Source: Eledone cirrhosa
Taxonomy: Eukaryota
NCBI GenBank assembly: GCA_964016885.1
Contig: OZ024741.1
Span: forward strand, 86,676,001-86,740,000
Direction: 5' to 3'
Length of the DNA stretch: 64,000 bases
Made by a program: the position numbers and the translations under genes. Positions 42,704 to 55,237 of this stretch are shown here, piece after piece (position 1 is the stretch's first letter; every line of letters begins with the position of its first letter). Below the pieces are notes generated by a model, which had not been told where the DNA came from, made no database searches, and was given only the letters and a program-made list of their open reading frames with translations.

Positions 42704-45700
42704 AATATATATTAAAATAACAGGTTAAAGTTTAAGCAAAGAATCGCTGCTTTCTCCCTTAACGGGATCTTCTGAAACTAAAAAAAAAAACAATCTGGGA
42801 ACGTAGAAGTAAATATTTCTAAAAACGGTACACACTATATATACAGACAGATATTATATGGGCGCAACTTTGTAGCTATGTATCTATCTAAAAAAAAGAC
42901 TAAGAATTATAGAGAGATCGCCTAATACGGTCCATGGGGCATTGAAAATTTGAAATTTTCTTTGTTCAAAACACTCACACGACCATAAGTATTACATGTG
43001 TAAAGTTTGAAAACAATCAGTTGGGTGGTTCTCGAGTTTTATGGAGTCAGACAGACAGACATTCTCTATTTTAGATATATAGACTAGCAGAAATCCACAC
43101 GTGGGCGGTTTTCTGCTAGCAAATCTAGTGTATATACTGATATTGTTGAGATTTGGATGAGAAATGTTTTCGGCACGACATGTTCACCGTCTCTCGGTGT
43201 GTCTTTTATGCATGTATAAATATATATGTTATCTAAACGGTGAAATCTTTGAAATAAATATATGTTAAAACGAAAAAGGAGAAAAAGAGATTAGTGACGG
43301 AAATATAAACGTTATGATACATAAACGTTATGATATAACGATTGAAATATATAAACGTTTATGATAAAACGATGGAAATAGAAACGTTTATATATAATGA
43401 TAAGCCGAAACACGCGTAAGCCGAAACACTCGTAAGTCGAAACACTCGTAAAGCGAAACGTATAAATAAAGATTAATGTAATGAATTTGAAAAGCATAGA
43501 GATTTGAAACCGCGTCTATAGGTGTGTAAATTTCAGACGGACAGACAGACAGACAAACAAACAGAGAAATGCCCATTATATATTATAAGTAGACTATCTA
43601 GTACCCGTCCTTTGGACGGGTGAAGTAGCTTTCGATGTAGCTCATTAAAGTAAACATAGTAAATTTGAATACATAGAAGAAATACGTACTTTATGTAAAC
43701 ATGAAAACTTTAGGCACTATTCCAGCGAAATAATTAATATGTGAGCTCGGTGTTATCCGTTATCCGGTAAACATTTTTTTAACAACATTAAAAGCGCGTG
43801 ATGGCATATATTACACACACAGAAATGTATATATATTTCTGTGTGTATATATATATATATTTCTGTGTGTGTATATATATATATATATTACACACACACA
43901 GATATGTATATATGTTTCTGTAGCACTCCTCAAGTACCCCTCTCCCTCCCGCTATCCCCTCTTGTAGTCTGTCTCTTTCTTTCACTCTCACTCTCTATCT
44001 ACGCGTGCGCAAAAACATTCTCACGCGCCCACGTGTTTTAGCGTCTATTCACTCTCTCTCTCTCTATCCCTCTCTCCCTCCCGCTATCCCCCTCTCGTAG
44101 TCTGTCTCTTTCTTTCACTCTCACTCTCTCTCTACGCGTGCGCAAAAAACATTCGCACGCGCGCACGTGTTTCCACTGTCGGACAGACAGACAGAGAAAT
44201 TGCTGGTTATATGTTATAAGGAGATTACATATACATATGTAACTATGTATATCATCATCATCATCGCCATTATATATATATATAATATGGGCCGAAGCCG
44301 AAAAAAATTTTGTTTGGCAGCTCTAATTGCGCCTTAATTTTATTCAAAAAATTGTATACTAACATATTCGAATACCAGGCACTATTGGAATCAACAATAG
44401 CAGCGTCCTGAGGGTCATTACAAAACACAAATTCGCGAGAATTAGTGTTTAAGTCTTGGAAGGTGGTAAAAAAAATCAACAAAATCTTCCATTCTTTTTT
44501 AATAAAAATTTATTTTTAATAATATTTAAATAACTGGCGGTTAGAAAAAAATATTCCTATGAAATTTTAATCATACCATTAGGTGTGAATAAGGAAATAT
44601 TTTTTTTATTGTCAAAACAAATGTTCAAAAGTTAAACTTCAATTTTTTGAATTATTTCCAATTTTTTCATGAAATTGAACACTGGACATTGGCTGCTGGA
44701 AATGGAAATTAAATCGTATTTAATTGTATTTAAATTTCTAACCTTATTTTATTATTTATATTTTTTCAATAAGAAATTAAAAAAAAAGAAAAAAGAAAAT
44801 TAAAGAAAACAATTGAACAAATCAAACGTAGGTTATGGAACTGCGCAATCTGAATAATAAATTACCTCATCAGCACACAAATTCAATGGCAACCTTCTTC
44901 AAACCACAAATTCAATGGCAACCTTCTTCGCATGGTGTCAAGTCAGAACCGCCTCGAACTGGTTACTTCTGGCTTGTACAAGGTGTCTCTGTAGCAACCA
45001 GCGAATCCCTCGGTCGGCCTCAGTGACCAAAGTCAGTGGAGAGAGGAAGGTAATATTTCTGTAGCACGTGTTTTAGTGTCTATTCACTCTCTCTCTCTCC
45101 CTCCCGCCTCCCCCTCTCGTAGTCTGTCTCTTTCTTTCACTCTCACTCTCTCTCTACGCGTCGGACAGACAGACAGAGAAATTGCTGGTTATATATTATA
45201 AGGAGACTAGCAGAAAACCACCCCGTGGGCGGTTTTCTGCTAGCAAATCTAGTCTATATACTGATATTGTTGAGATTTGGATGAGAAATGTTTTCGGCAC
45301 CACATGTTCACCGTCTCTCGGTGTCTCTTTTATGCATGTATAAATATATATGTTATCTATACGGTGAAATCTTTGAAATAAATATATGTTAAAACGAAAA
45401 AGGAGAAAATAAATAACTGGCGGTTAGAAAAAAATATTCCTATGAAATTTTAATCATACCATTAGGTGTGAATAAGGAAATATTTTTTTATTGTCAAAAC
45501 AAATGTTCAAAAGTTAAACTTCAATTTTTTTAATTATTTCCAATTTTTTCATGAAATTGAACACTGGACATTGGCTGCTGGAAATGGAAATTAAATTGTA
45601 TTTAATTGTATTTAAATTTCTAACCTTATTTTATTATTTATATTTTTTCAATAAGAAATAAAAAAAAAACAATAACAAAAATTGAAGAAAAAAATTGAAC

Positions 45701-46850
45701 AAATCAAATGTAGGTTATCGAATTGCGCAATCTGATTAATAAATTACCTCATCAGCTGCAACCTTCTTCAAATGGTCCTTATTATCAGCAGCAACAACCA
45801 CAAATTCAATGGCAACCTTCTTCAAACCACATATTCAATGGCAACCTTCTTCGCATGGTGTCAAGTCAGAACCGCCTCGAACTGGTTACTTCTGGCTTGT
45901 GCAAGGTATCTCTATAGCAACCAGCGATTCCCTCGGCCTCAGTGACCAAAGTCAGTGGAGAGGGGAAGGTAATATTTCTGTAGCACGTGTTTAGCGTCTA
46001 TTCCCTCTCTCTCTCTCCCTATCTCGCTCCCGCTATCCCCCTCTCGTAGTCTGTCTCTTTCTTTCACTCTCACTCTCTCTCTACACACGTGTTTCCACTG
46101 TCGGACAGACAGACAGAGAAATTGCTGGTTATATATATAAGTAGACTAGCAGAAAACCACCCGGTGGGCGGTTTTCTGCTAGCAAATCTAGTGTATATAC
46201 TAATATTGTTGAGATTTGGATGAGAAATGTTTTCGGCACCACATGTTCACCGTCTCTCGGTGTGTCTTTTATGCATGTATAAATATATATGTTATCTATA
46301 CGGTGAAATCTTTGAAATAAATATATGTTAAAACGAAAAAGGAGAAAAAGAGATTAGTGACGGAAATATAAACGTTATGATACATAAACGTTATGATATA
46401 ACGATGGAAATATATAAACGTTTACGATAAAACGATGGAAATAGAAACGTTTATATATAATGATAAGCCGAAACACTCGTAAAGCGAAACGTATAAATAA
46501 AGATTAATGTAATGAATTTGAAAAGCATAGAGATTTGAAACCGCGTCTATTTGTTTCCTTGGCATTTTTTACAGACGGACAGACAGACAAACAAACAGAG
46601 AAATGCCCATTATATATTATAAGTAGACTTGGCATAGTGTCAAGTCAGAACCGCCTCGAAGTGGTTACCTCTGGCTTGTGCAAGGTGTCTCTATAGCAAC
46701 CAGCGATTCCCTCGGCCTCAGTGACCAAAGTCAGTGGAGAGGGGAAGGTAATGTTTCTATAGCGACAGTGTTTCTCTTGGTAGTACCAAAGTGGAGAAAG
46801 GAAGGGGAAAGTAATATTTCTGTAGCACCTACATTTGAGTTTTAGGGAAG

Positions 46851-46892
<42 letters not shown>

Positions 46893-46900
46893 GAAATGCC

Positions 46901-46912
46901 CATATATTTCTG

Positions 46913-46973
<61 letters not shown>

Positions 46974-46999
46974 CACACACAGAAATGTATATATATTTC

Positions 47000-47036
<37 letters not shown>

Positions 47037-47162
47037 TACACACACAGAAATGTATACATATTTCTGTGTGTATATATATATTTATATTACACACACAGAA
47101 GTGTATATATATTTCTGTGTGTATATATATATATTACACACACAGAAATGTATATATATTTC
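46901..47162. repeat. Self-complementary minisatellite acacacagaaat-(ta)n-atttctgtgtgt with (TA)n spacers; shorter copy at 43810-43920
   Basis: Directly visible repeated palindromic units. Confidence 0.85.
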
Positions 47163-47281
47163 TTAGAACAAAATTAATATTAATGTTTTGCTGTTCATAA
47201 CAATTGGAATTGAAAAATTACTCTTGAAATTATTAGTTATTTTATTAATGCTTAGATATGTAAAAATGAAGCAATGTTTCT

Positions 47282-47473
47282 AATAATTGTTTCTACTTTT
47301 GGCACAAGGCCAGCAATACCTAGTACATTACTGGTACTTTATTTTATCGACCCCGTGAGGATGAAAGGCAAAGTTAACCTCGGCGGTATTTGAATTCAGA
47401 CCTTAAAGGGATGTAACTCCATGCTATGAAGCATGGTGTCCGACTCTCTACTGATTCTGCCAATCCACCGCCC
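47282..47473 (-). mobile_element. tRNA-derived SINE, family A
   Basis: Same head and body as the 12362 copy. Confidence 0.8.
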
Positions 47474-50400
47474 TAATGTCTGTACGTAATGAGGGAGTGA
47501 GAGGGGAGAGAAAGAAAGGCAGAGGTGAAGTGACGAAGTGACTCTCTCCTCCTCCTCCTCCTCCTCCTCCTCCTCCTCCATCTCCCCATTCGTCACAGCG
47601 ATAGAGGGGAGGAATGTTAGTGTGTTACAAAGAGAAAGAGTGACAGTGAGAGAAACAGACAGACTAAAAGAGAGGGATAGCTGGAGAGAGAGAGATAGCA
47701 ACCACGCGCGCACATGTTTCCACTGTCGGACAGACAGACAGAGAAATTGCTGGTTATATATTATAAAGAGACTAGCAGAAAACCACCCGGGGTCGGTTTT
47801 CTGCTAGTCTATATATCTAAAACAGAGCATGTCTGTCTGTCTGTCAGCTCACTAAAACTTGAGAACCATCCAACCGATTGGTTTCAAACTTTAGACATGT
47901 AATACTTATGGTCCTGTGAGTGTTTTGAGCAAAAATATTTCAAATTTTCAATGCCCTAGGGACCGCATTGGGCGATTTAGCGTTCTCTCTATATAATTCT
48001 TAGTCTTTCTTTTTAGATAGATACATAGATATAACGTTGCGCCCTTATAATATCTGTCTGTATGTCTGGCTGCCTGCATTACGTCATTATGACGCGCTCA
48101 GTGTGTGTGTGTATATATATGTATCGTAATGCAGACAACAAGACATAGCTTTCCTTCCCCTCTTCCAGCGTCTCTCTCTCTCCCTCCCGCTATCCCCCTC
48201 TTGTAGTCTGTCTCTTTCTTTCACTCTCACTCTCTCTCTACGCGTCGGACAGACAGACAGAGAAATTGCTGGTTATATATTATAAGGAGACTAGCAGAAA
48301 ACCACCCCGTGGGCGGTTTTCTGCTAGCAAATCTAGTCTATATACTGATATTGTTGAGATTTGGATGAGAAATGTTTTCGGCACCACATGTTCACCGTCT
48401 CTCGGTGTGTCTTTTATGCATGTATAAATATATATGTTATCTATACGGTGAAATCTTTGAAATAAATATATGTTAAAACGAAAAAGGAGAAAATAAATAA
48501 CTGGCGGTTAGAAAAAAATATTCCTATGAAATTTTAATCATACCATTAGGTGTGAATAAGGAAATATTTTTTTATTGTCAAAACAAACGTTCAAAATTTA
48601 AACTTCAATTTTTTTAATTATTTCCAATTTTTTCATGAAATTGAACACAGGACATTGGCTGATGGAAATGGAAATTAAATCGTATTTAATTGTATTTAAA
48701 TTTCTAACCTTATTTTATTATTTATATTTTTTCAATAAGAAATAAAAAAAAACAACAAAAAAAATTGAAGAAAAAATTGAACAAATCAAGTGTAGGTTAT
48801 GGAACTGCACAATCCGATTAATAAATTACCTCATTAGCAGCAACCTTCTTCAAATGGTCCTTATTATCAGCAGCAACAACCACAAATTCAATGGCAACCT
48901 TCTTCAAATGGTCCTTATTATCAGCAGCAACAACCACAAATTCAATGGCAACCTTCTTCGCATGGTGTCAAGTCAGAACCGCCTCGAACTGGTGTCTTCT
49001 GGCTGGTGCAAGGTGTCTCTATAGCAACCAGCGATTCCCTCGGCCTCAGTGACCAAAGTCAGTGGAGAGAGGAAGGTAATGTTTCTGTAGCACGTGTTTT
49101 AGCGTCTATTCACTCTCTCTCTCTCTCCCTCTCTCCCTCCCGCTATCCCCATCTCGTAGTCCGTCTCTTTCTTTCACTCTCTCTCTACGCACGTGTTTCC
49201 ACTGTCGGACAGACAGACAGAGAAATTGCTGGTTATATATATAAGTAGACTAGCAGAAAACCACCCGAGGTCGGTTTTCTGCTAGTCTAAATATCTAAAA
49301 CAGAGAATGTCTGTCTGTCTGTCAGCTCACTAAAACTTGAGAACCATCCAACCGATTGTTTTCAAACTTTAGACATGTAATACTTATGGTCCTGTGAGTG
49401 CTTTGAGCAAATTTTATTTCAAATTTTCAATGCTCTAGGGACCGCATTAGGCGATGTAGCGTTCTCTCTATATAATTCTTAGTCTTTCTTTTTAGATAGA
49501 TACATAGATATAACGTTGCGCCCTTATAATATCTGTCTGTATGTCTGGCTGTCTGCATTACGTCATTATGACGCGCTCAGTGTGTGTGTGTATATATATA
49601 TATGTATAGTAATGCAGACAGCAAGACATAGCTTTCCTTCCCCTCTTCCAGCGCCTCTCTCTCTCCCTCTCGCTATCCCCCTCTTGTAGTCTGTCTCTTT
49701 CTTTCACTCTCACTCTCTCTCTACGCGTCGGACAGACAGACAGAGAAATTGCTGGTTATATATATAAGTAGACTAGCAGAAAACCACCCGGGATCGGTTT
49801 TCTGCTAGTCTATATATCTAAAACAGAGAATGTCTGTCTGTCTGTCAGCTCACTAAAACTTGAGAACCATCCTACCGATTGTTTTCAAACTTTAGACATG
49901 TAATACTTATGGTCCTGTGAGTGTTTTGAGCAAAAATTATCTCAAATTTTCAATGCCCTAGGGACCGCATTAGGCGATAGCGTTCTCTCTATATAATTCT
50001 TAGTCTTTCTTTTTAGATAGATACATAGATATAACGTTGCGCCCTTATAATATCTGTCTGTATGTCTGTCCGTCTGCATTACGTCATTATGACGCGCTCA
50101 GCGCGATTCCCTCGGCCTCAGTGACAAAAGTCAGTGGAGAGGGGAAGGTAATGTTTCTGTAGCACGTGTTTTAGCGTCTATTCACTCTCTCTCCCTCCCG
50201 CTATCCCCCTCTCGTAGTCTGTCTCTTTCTTTCACTCTCACTCTACGCACGTGTTTCCACTGTCGGACAGACAGACAGAGAAATTGCTGGTTATATATAT
50301 AAGTAGATTAGAAAAACAATTTCGAATTAGAATCAAGTAGCGTGCCAGGGGAGACAACACCGCTTTCGCTTAACTTTCAATTAAAAATAAATATTACTTC

Positions 50401-51107
50401 AAAGTAACAATTCGTATTTTGTCTAACTTGTCCGTAGAGAAAGGCAACAGTTGGCACTTTCGTATTTGTGCATGTTTTATATATGTTAGTCTCCCTCTCT
50501 CCCAACAAACGAACTCTAAATTTTATTATATACAGAAATATGTTAATGGTTAGATTACTTTAGTTCTTTTAACGTAAATTATTTGTATTTAATGAAGAAA
50601 AGACTATGACAATCTTTATCAAGCTGATCTAGCCGTCACTCCTTCCGGCCTTAATGACACTTCGAGTAAACTGATACTTGGAACTTCGTTGATTTAATGT
50701 GCATTTTAGCTGTTATTTCTAGCATCACGGATAGGCTCATCGTTGATACGTAATAGTTATTTTGCTGGTTGATGATTTTCTTTTTGCATTTTTTTTTATC
50801 ATGGTTTCGATAAAGGAACAAATTGATATAAAGGGTTCTTCTGAATGTTAGGAACCCTTTACTTATGAAGCCGGTGTTATTCAAGTAAGGGAAAATTGCC
50901 AACGACACCGCCTATTTAAAATCTTTACAACTTCATCTGATATAAAAAGTCCTACGACAAAAATAATATCATAATATATTATGGAAGAAGTTAATCACTC
51001 GAACACTTTTAACTGAACCATAATAGATTATACTTCATCTAATGTATATACACCTTGTAAATAGAGACGTTGTGTACCCAAGACAAAAAACTTTATCATA
51101 ATACATT

Positions 51108-54100
51108 ATGGAAGACATTAATCACACAAACACAACAGTTTTCAACACTCTATATTCAGTTACAGTGGCATACAGTAGCGAGAAACCTTTAGGTAGTGAA
51201 ACATTTACTAAACAAATATCTTTATCTTTACAGAAAAATATTCCTGAATATCGCTTGAGAGTTATAGGAAGAAATTTTTTTTGGAGAATGAACTTTTCAC
51301 GCACAAAGAAATACACAAGGAAAAACCCTTCTCCTGTGAAATATGTGGTAAATATTTTATCTATAACAGTAATTTATCTAGACACAAAAGAATACACACC
51401 AAATAAAAACCGTTTTATTGTGAAATATGTGGGACATATTTTGTTTCTAAAAGTAATTTAAAAACACATAAAAGAATACACACCGGAGAAAAACAGTTTC
51501 GTTGTGATATATGTGGAAAATATTTCGATTCTAATAGTCTTATTAATCACAAACGTAGCCACACTGGTGAAAAACCATGTCACTGTGGAGTATGTGGGAA
51601 ATCTTTCTTTAACAATTCGAGTCTTGTTATCCACCAACGTAGACACACTGGAGAAAAACCATGGCCCTGTCTAATATGTGGGAAATCATTCTCAAATAAT
51701 TCAAGTCTTGTTATCCACATATGCAGTCACACTGGAGAAAAACCTTATCATTGTGAAATATGTAGGAAATCATTTATGATAAACAGTGTCTTAAAAACGC
51801 ACAAAAGAATACACACTGGAGAAAAACCTTATCATTGTGAAATATGTGGAAAATTATTCATAAATAATTCAAATCTTGTTATCCACATACGTAGTCACAC
51901 TGGTGAAAAACCCTTCCACTGTGATATATGCGGAAAATCCTTTGTCTCCAACATTATTTTAACAACACACAAAAGAATACATACTGAAGAAAAACTATTT
52001 CACTGTGAAATATGTGGGGAGTCTTTCATTAATAATTCAAATCTTGTTATCCACAAATGCAATCACGCTGGAGAAAAGCCATATCAGTGTGAAATATGTG
52101 GTAAATCATTTGTGATAAATAGTGTCTTAAGAACACACAAAAGAATACATACTGGAGAAAAACCTTATCACTGTGAAATATGTGGGAAATCATTCATAAA
52201 TAATTCCCAACTTGTAGTTCACAAAAGAATATATACTGCAGAAAAACCCTATCATTGTGAAATATGTGGAAAATCATTCATTAATAATTCTCAACTCCTA
52301 TTTCACAAAAGAATACACACTGGAGAAAAGTCCTTCCATTGTGATACATGTGGGAAATTTTTTGTCTTTAACAGCTATTTGGCAAAACATAAAAGAATAC
52401 ACACTAGAGATAACCCATTTCACTGTGAAATATGCGGAAAGTCTTTTGTTGAAAATTCCAAGCTTACAATCCACAAACGTAGACACACTGGAGAAAAACG
52501 GTATCGCTGTGAAATATGTGGGAAATCTTTCTCTCTTAATCGTAGTCTTGTAGTTCACAAACGTAGTCACACTGGAGAAAAACCCTATCATCGTGATCAT
52601 CATCATTATCATTTAACGTCCATCTTCCACGCTTGCATGGGTTTGGATGGGAGTTTTCCCACTTGAGGCAAGATTGGTTGTCCTGCTCGTATAGGACTGT
52701 CTAGCGGGTTTTCTACGGCTGGATGCCCTTCCTAACACTAACCACGTTTACAGTGTGGACTGGGGGGTTTTTACCGTGTTACCTACACGGCCACATTACA
52801 GCGTGGACTGTGTGTTTTTTTGTTGTGACACCTACACGACCTCATTTGTTTCGGACTGGATGTTGTGGTACCAACATAACTTCACATTTAAGGGGGTGGT
52901 GTGGGGGTAGTGGGACGGGGGTGTATTTTGTTAGAGGTGCCTACTGACTGTAGGTTTCGCTTTGTACTTAGGCAAGGCGGGTCTTCTGTATAACTGTGTA
53001 GCGCCAAATATCTCGGTCCAATGACATTGTCTTGGAGAGGTATAAGTGTGTGAGGTCGGAATTTATCAAGTCATCCCAGGTTTTTCTGGGTCTGCCTTCT
53101 CCGTGGCTACCGTCTATTTTTATCGCCCTGCACTTTTTTATACAGCTGTCGTCTTTCATGCGCATCACGTGACCGTATCAACGTAGTCTTCTCTCGAGTA
53201 AACAGCATCTGATCCCTCTTATTCCTAATTTCTCCCTTAGTTCGTTTATGCTTTGCCGTTCACGTATATTACTATTACACATCCAGCGGAGCATGCAAGC
53301 TTCGTTCCTCTCCAGTCTGCGTATATCCTCTGCACACAATGCCCAGGTCTCACTGCCATGCAACATTGCTGTTCGTATGCAGGCATCATACAGCCTGCCT
53401 TTCATTTTTACTGAGAACCCTTTAGCGGCCAATAATGGTATAAGCTCTCTGAACTTTTTCCGTCCCGTTCTGACTCTAGCTACTGTACTTTCGGAGCACC
53501 CTCCACCACTGCTGATTTTGTCACCCAGGTAAGGGAAGGTGTCCACTATTTCTATAGAACCATCTGTGCAATGGAATGAGTTAGTATTATGTGGGTACTT
53601 GCTGCTACTTATTGCACCAGAGCACCGGCCACATATAAAATCTATATTCTTAGTTAGCTTACCTGTGATCCCACTACATCTTTTATGCACCCATACTTTG
53701 CATTTGGGACATAAAATGGAGTTTCTGCCTACTCCTTTCCTACACACTGAGCATGGCCATTTCCCAGATGGGACCAGTGCCCTATTTTCCTTCCTACAAA
53801 CTAGAACTTTAGTCTTAGACAAGTTAACTTTAAGGCCTTTTGGTTCTAGGCCATGCTTCCATGTTTAGAATTTCTTCTCTAGTTCAGCCATTGATTCAGC
53901 TAAGAGCGTTAGATCATCTGCATATAGGAGTTCCCATGGGCAGCCGGTCTTGAGCTCCTTTGTTATAGCCTGAAGTGCAATAATAAATAGTAGGCGCCTA
54001 AGGACGGAGCCCTGATGAACACCAACTATTACGCTAAACTCTTCACTATATTCGTTGTTAATTCTAACCTTGCTGACTGTTTCTTTATACATGGCTTATT

Positions 54101-54190
54101 TGCAGGAAGTCATTTAGCTGTAGCAGTCTTTTAAAAAGACATGAACGAATACACACTGGAGGGGAAAGCATTTAACTGGGAAACATGATA
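51108..54190 (+). pseudogene. C2H2 zinc-finger gene (~15 fingers), disrupted by a frameshift (~51280), TAA at 51404-51406 and an RTE insertion
   Basis: Tandem CEICGKSF...HTGEKPYH fingers from ~51330 to 52590, open from 51407; finger resumes at ~54098 (ICRKSFSCSSLLKRHERIHTG). Confidence 0.8.
52588..54095 (-). mobile_element. 5'-truncated RTE LINE with long 3' UTR, inserted in the zinc-finger array
   Basis: ORFs 53865..54092 (GVHQGS, LLYADDL), 53178..53822, 52968..53168; (ATC)n tail at ~52594-52612. Confidence 0.92.
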
Positions 54191-55237
54191 AATCCTATGG
54201 CAAATCTAAATTTATTGTCCACCAAGTACATATTGTATCTTCCAGCAGGCTATCAATATAATTTCTTTTCATTCTACCACTGTTAGTGTAGGAGCCATCT
54301 GATGGCTCCTATAGAACAAGATCACTTGTAGTTCACAGCTGAATACTGACTGGAGAAAAAAATTATCTGTGAAATATGTTGGAAATCTATCTGAATTCTA
54401 GTCTTTTGATTTATAGAGAAAGATATATTTACTTATTTTTTATTCAAGATTTTCTTTAGACACCATCTCATTAAACATGACTGGAAAAAAGATGTAAAAT
54501 CTTATCACTGAAATTTTGGACAAAATAATCAAATTTTAATGTAAACCAAAATTTTTTTTATAAGAATCTTAATCTATGTTATAATTAATAATTATTAGAT
54601 GTAATTTTTGGATAGTCTAACTTACGTTTTTTTAAAAAATTGATTGACCTCTGAAAAAGATATTTGTAACAAAATCTATACTATAATAATAAAGGGAGGA
54701 GTGCGGGACAGCGTACGGTTTATATCTTTTAATCCACTTAGTAAAATAAGTTGGATTACTTTGAATAAATAATGAATGGATATTACATAATTTATGTACT
54801 AAATTTCATAACTCTTGATTAAATATAAATAATTTTATTGCTTATTTAAAATTGACTTCTTTTCAAAGTTTCAAATTTCTACACTTCTGGTATATTGCCG
54901 CTGCCACCAAACATACATCTATATGTATGAGTATATAACTATAATTGCACAAACACAAACTTACAAAAATACACCCTCACGGACATACATTCACACATAT
55001 ACATTTACACAAACACACATATACAGTCATGATAGCAGCATTCAGTGACTTGGAAATGGGAGAATAAAATAAAGTACAACTTTTTATTTATTTATTAACA
55101 ACACAGTTTAACTCTTTTTTTTTAAAAACTCATTTGTATAAAAATTTAATATAATGGTGACAGAACGAAAACACATATAATATATACAAAGTAAAGGGAA
55201 AGGAGAAAAAAATACACAAGCACATAATACACACATC

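Larger units (their letters stand above)
41982..50307 (-). mobile_element. Tandem array of ~12 chimeric non-autonomous Helitron-like units
   Basis: Minus-strand TC heads with (GTCT)n at 43083, 43593, 44224, 45206, 46145, 46627, 47771, 48290, 49249, 49772, 50307; most directly abut a hairpin-bearing CTAG/ATAG/CAAG end; outer ends A|TC at 50307 and CTAG|T at 41982. Confidence 0.8.

Noticed and set aside
46645-47200. Overlapping YIYI/CVCV-rich ORFs
   Set aside because: Translation of (TA)n and (CA)n low-complexity repeats.
43084-49808. Seven ~36-bp palindromic repeats resembling CRISPR repeats or attC/integron sites
   Set aside because: Spacers are 0.5-2 kb, repeat one another and carry Helitron heads; no cas or integrase gene; eukaryotic context.
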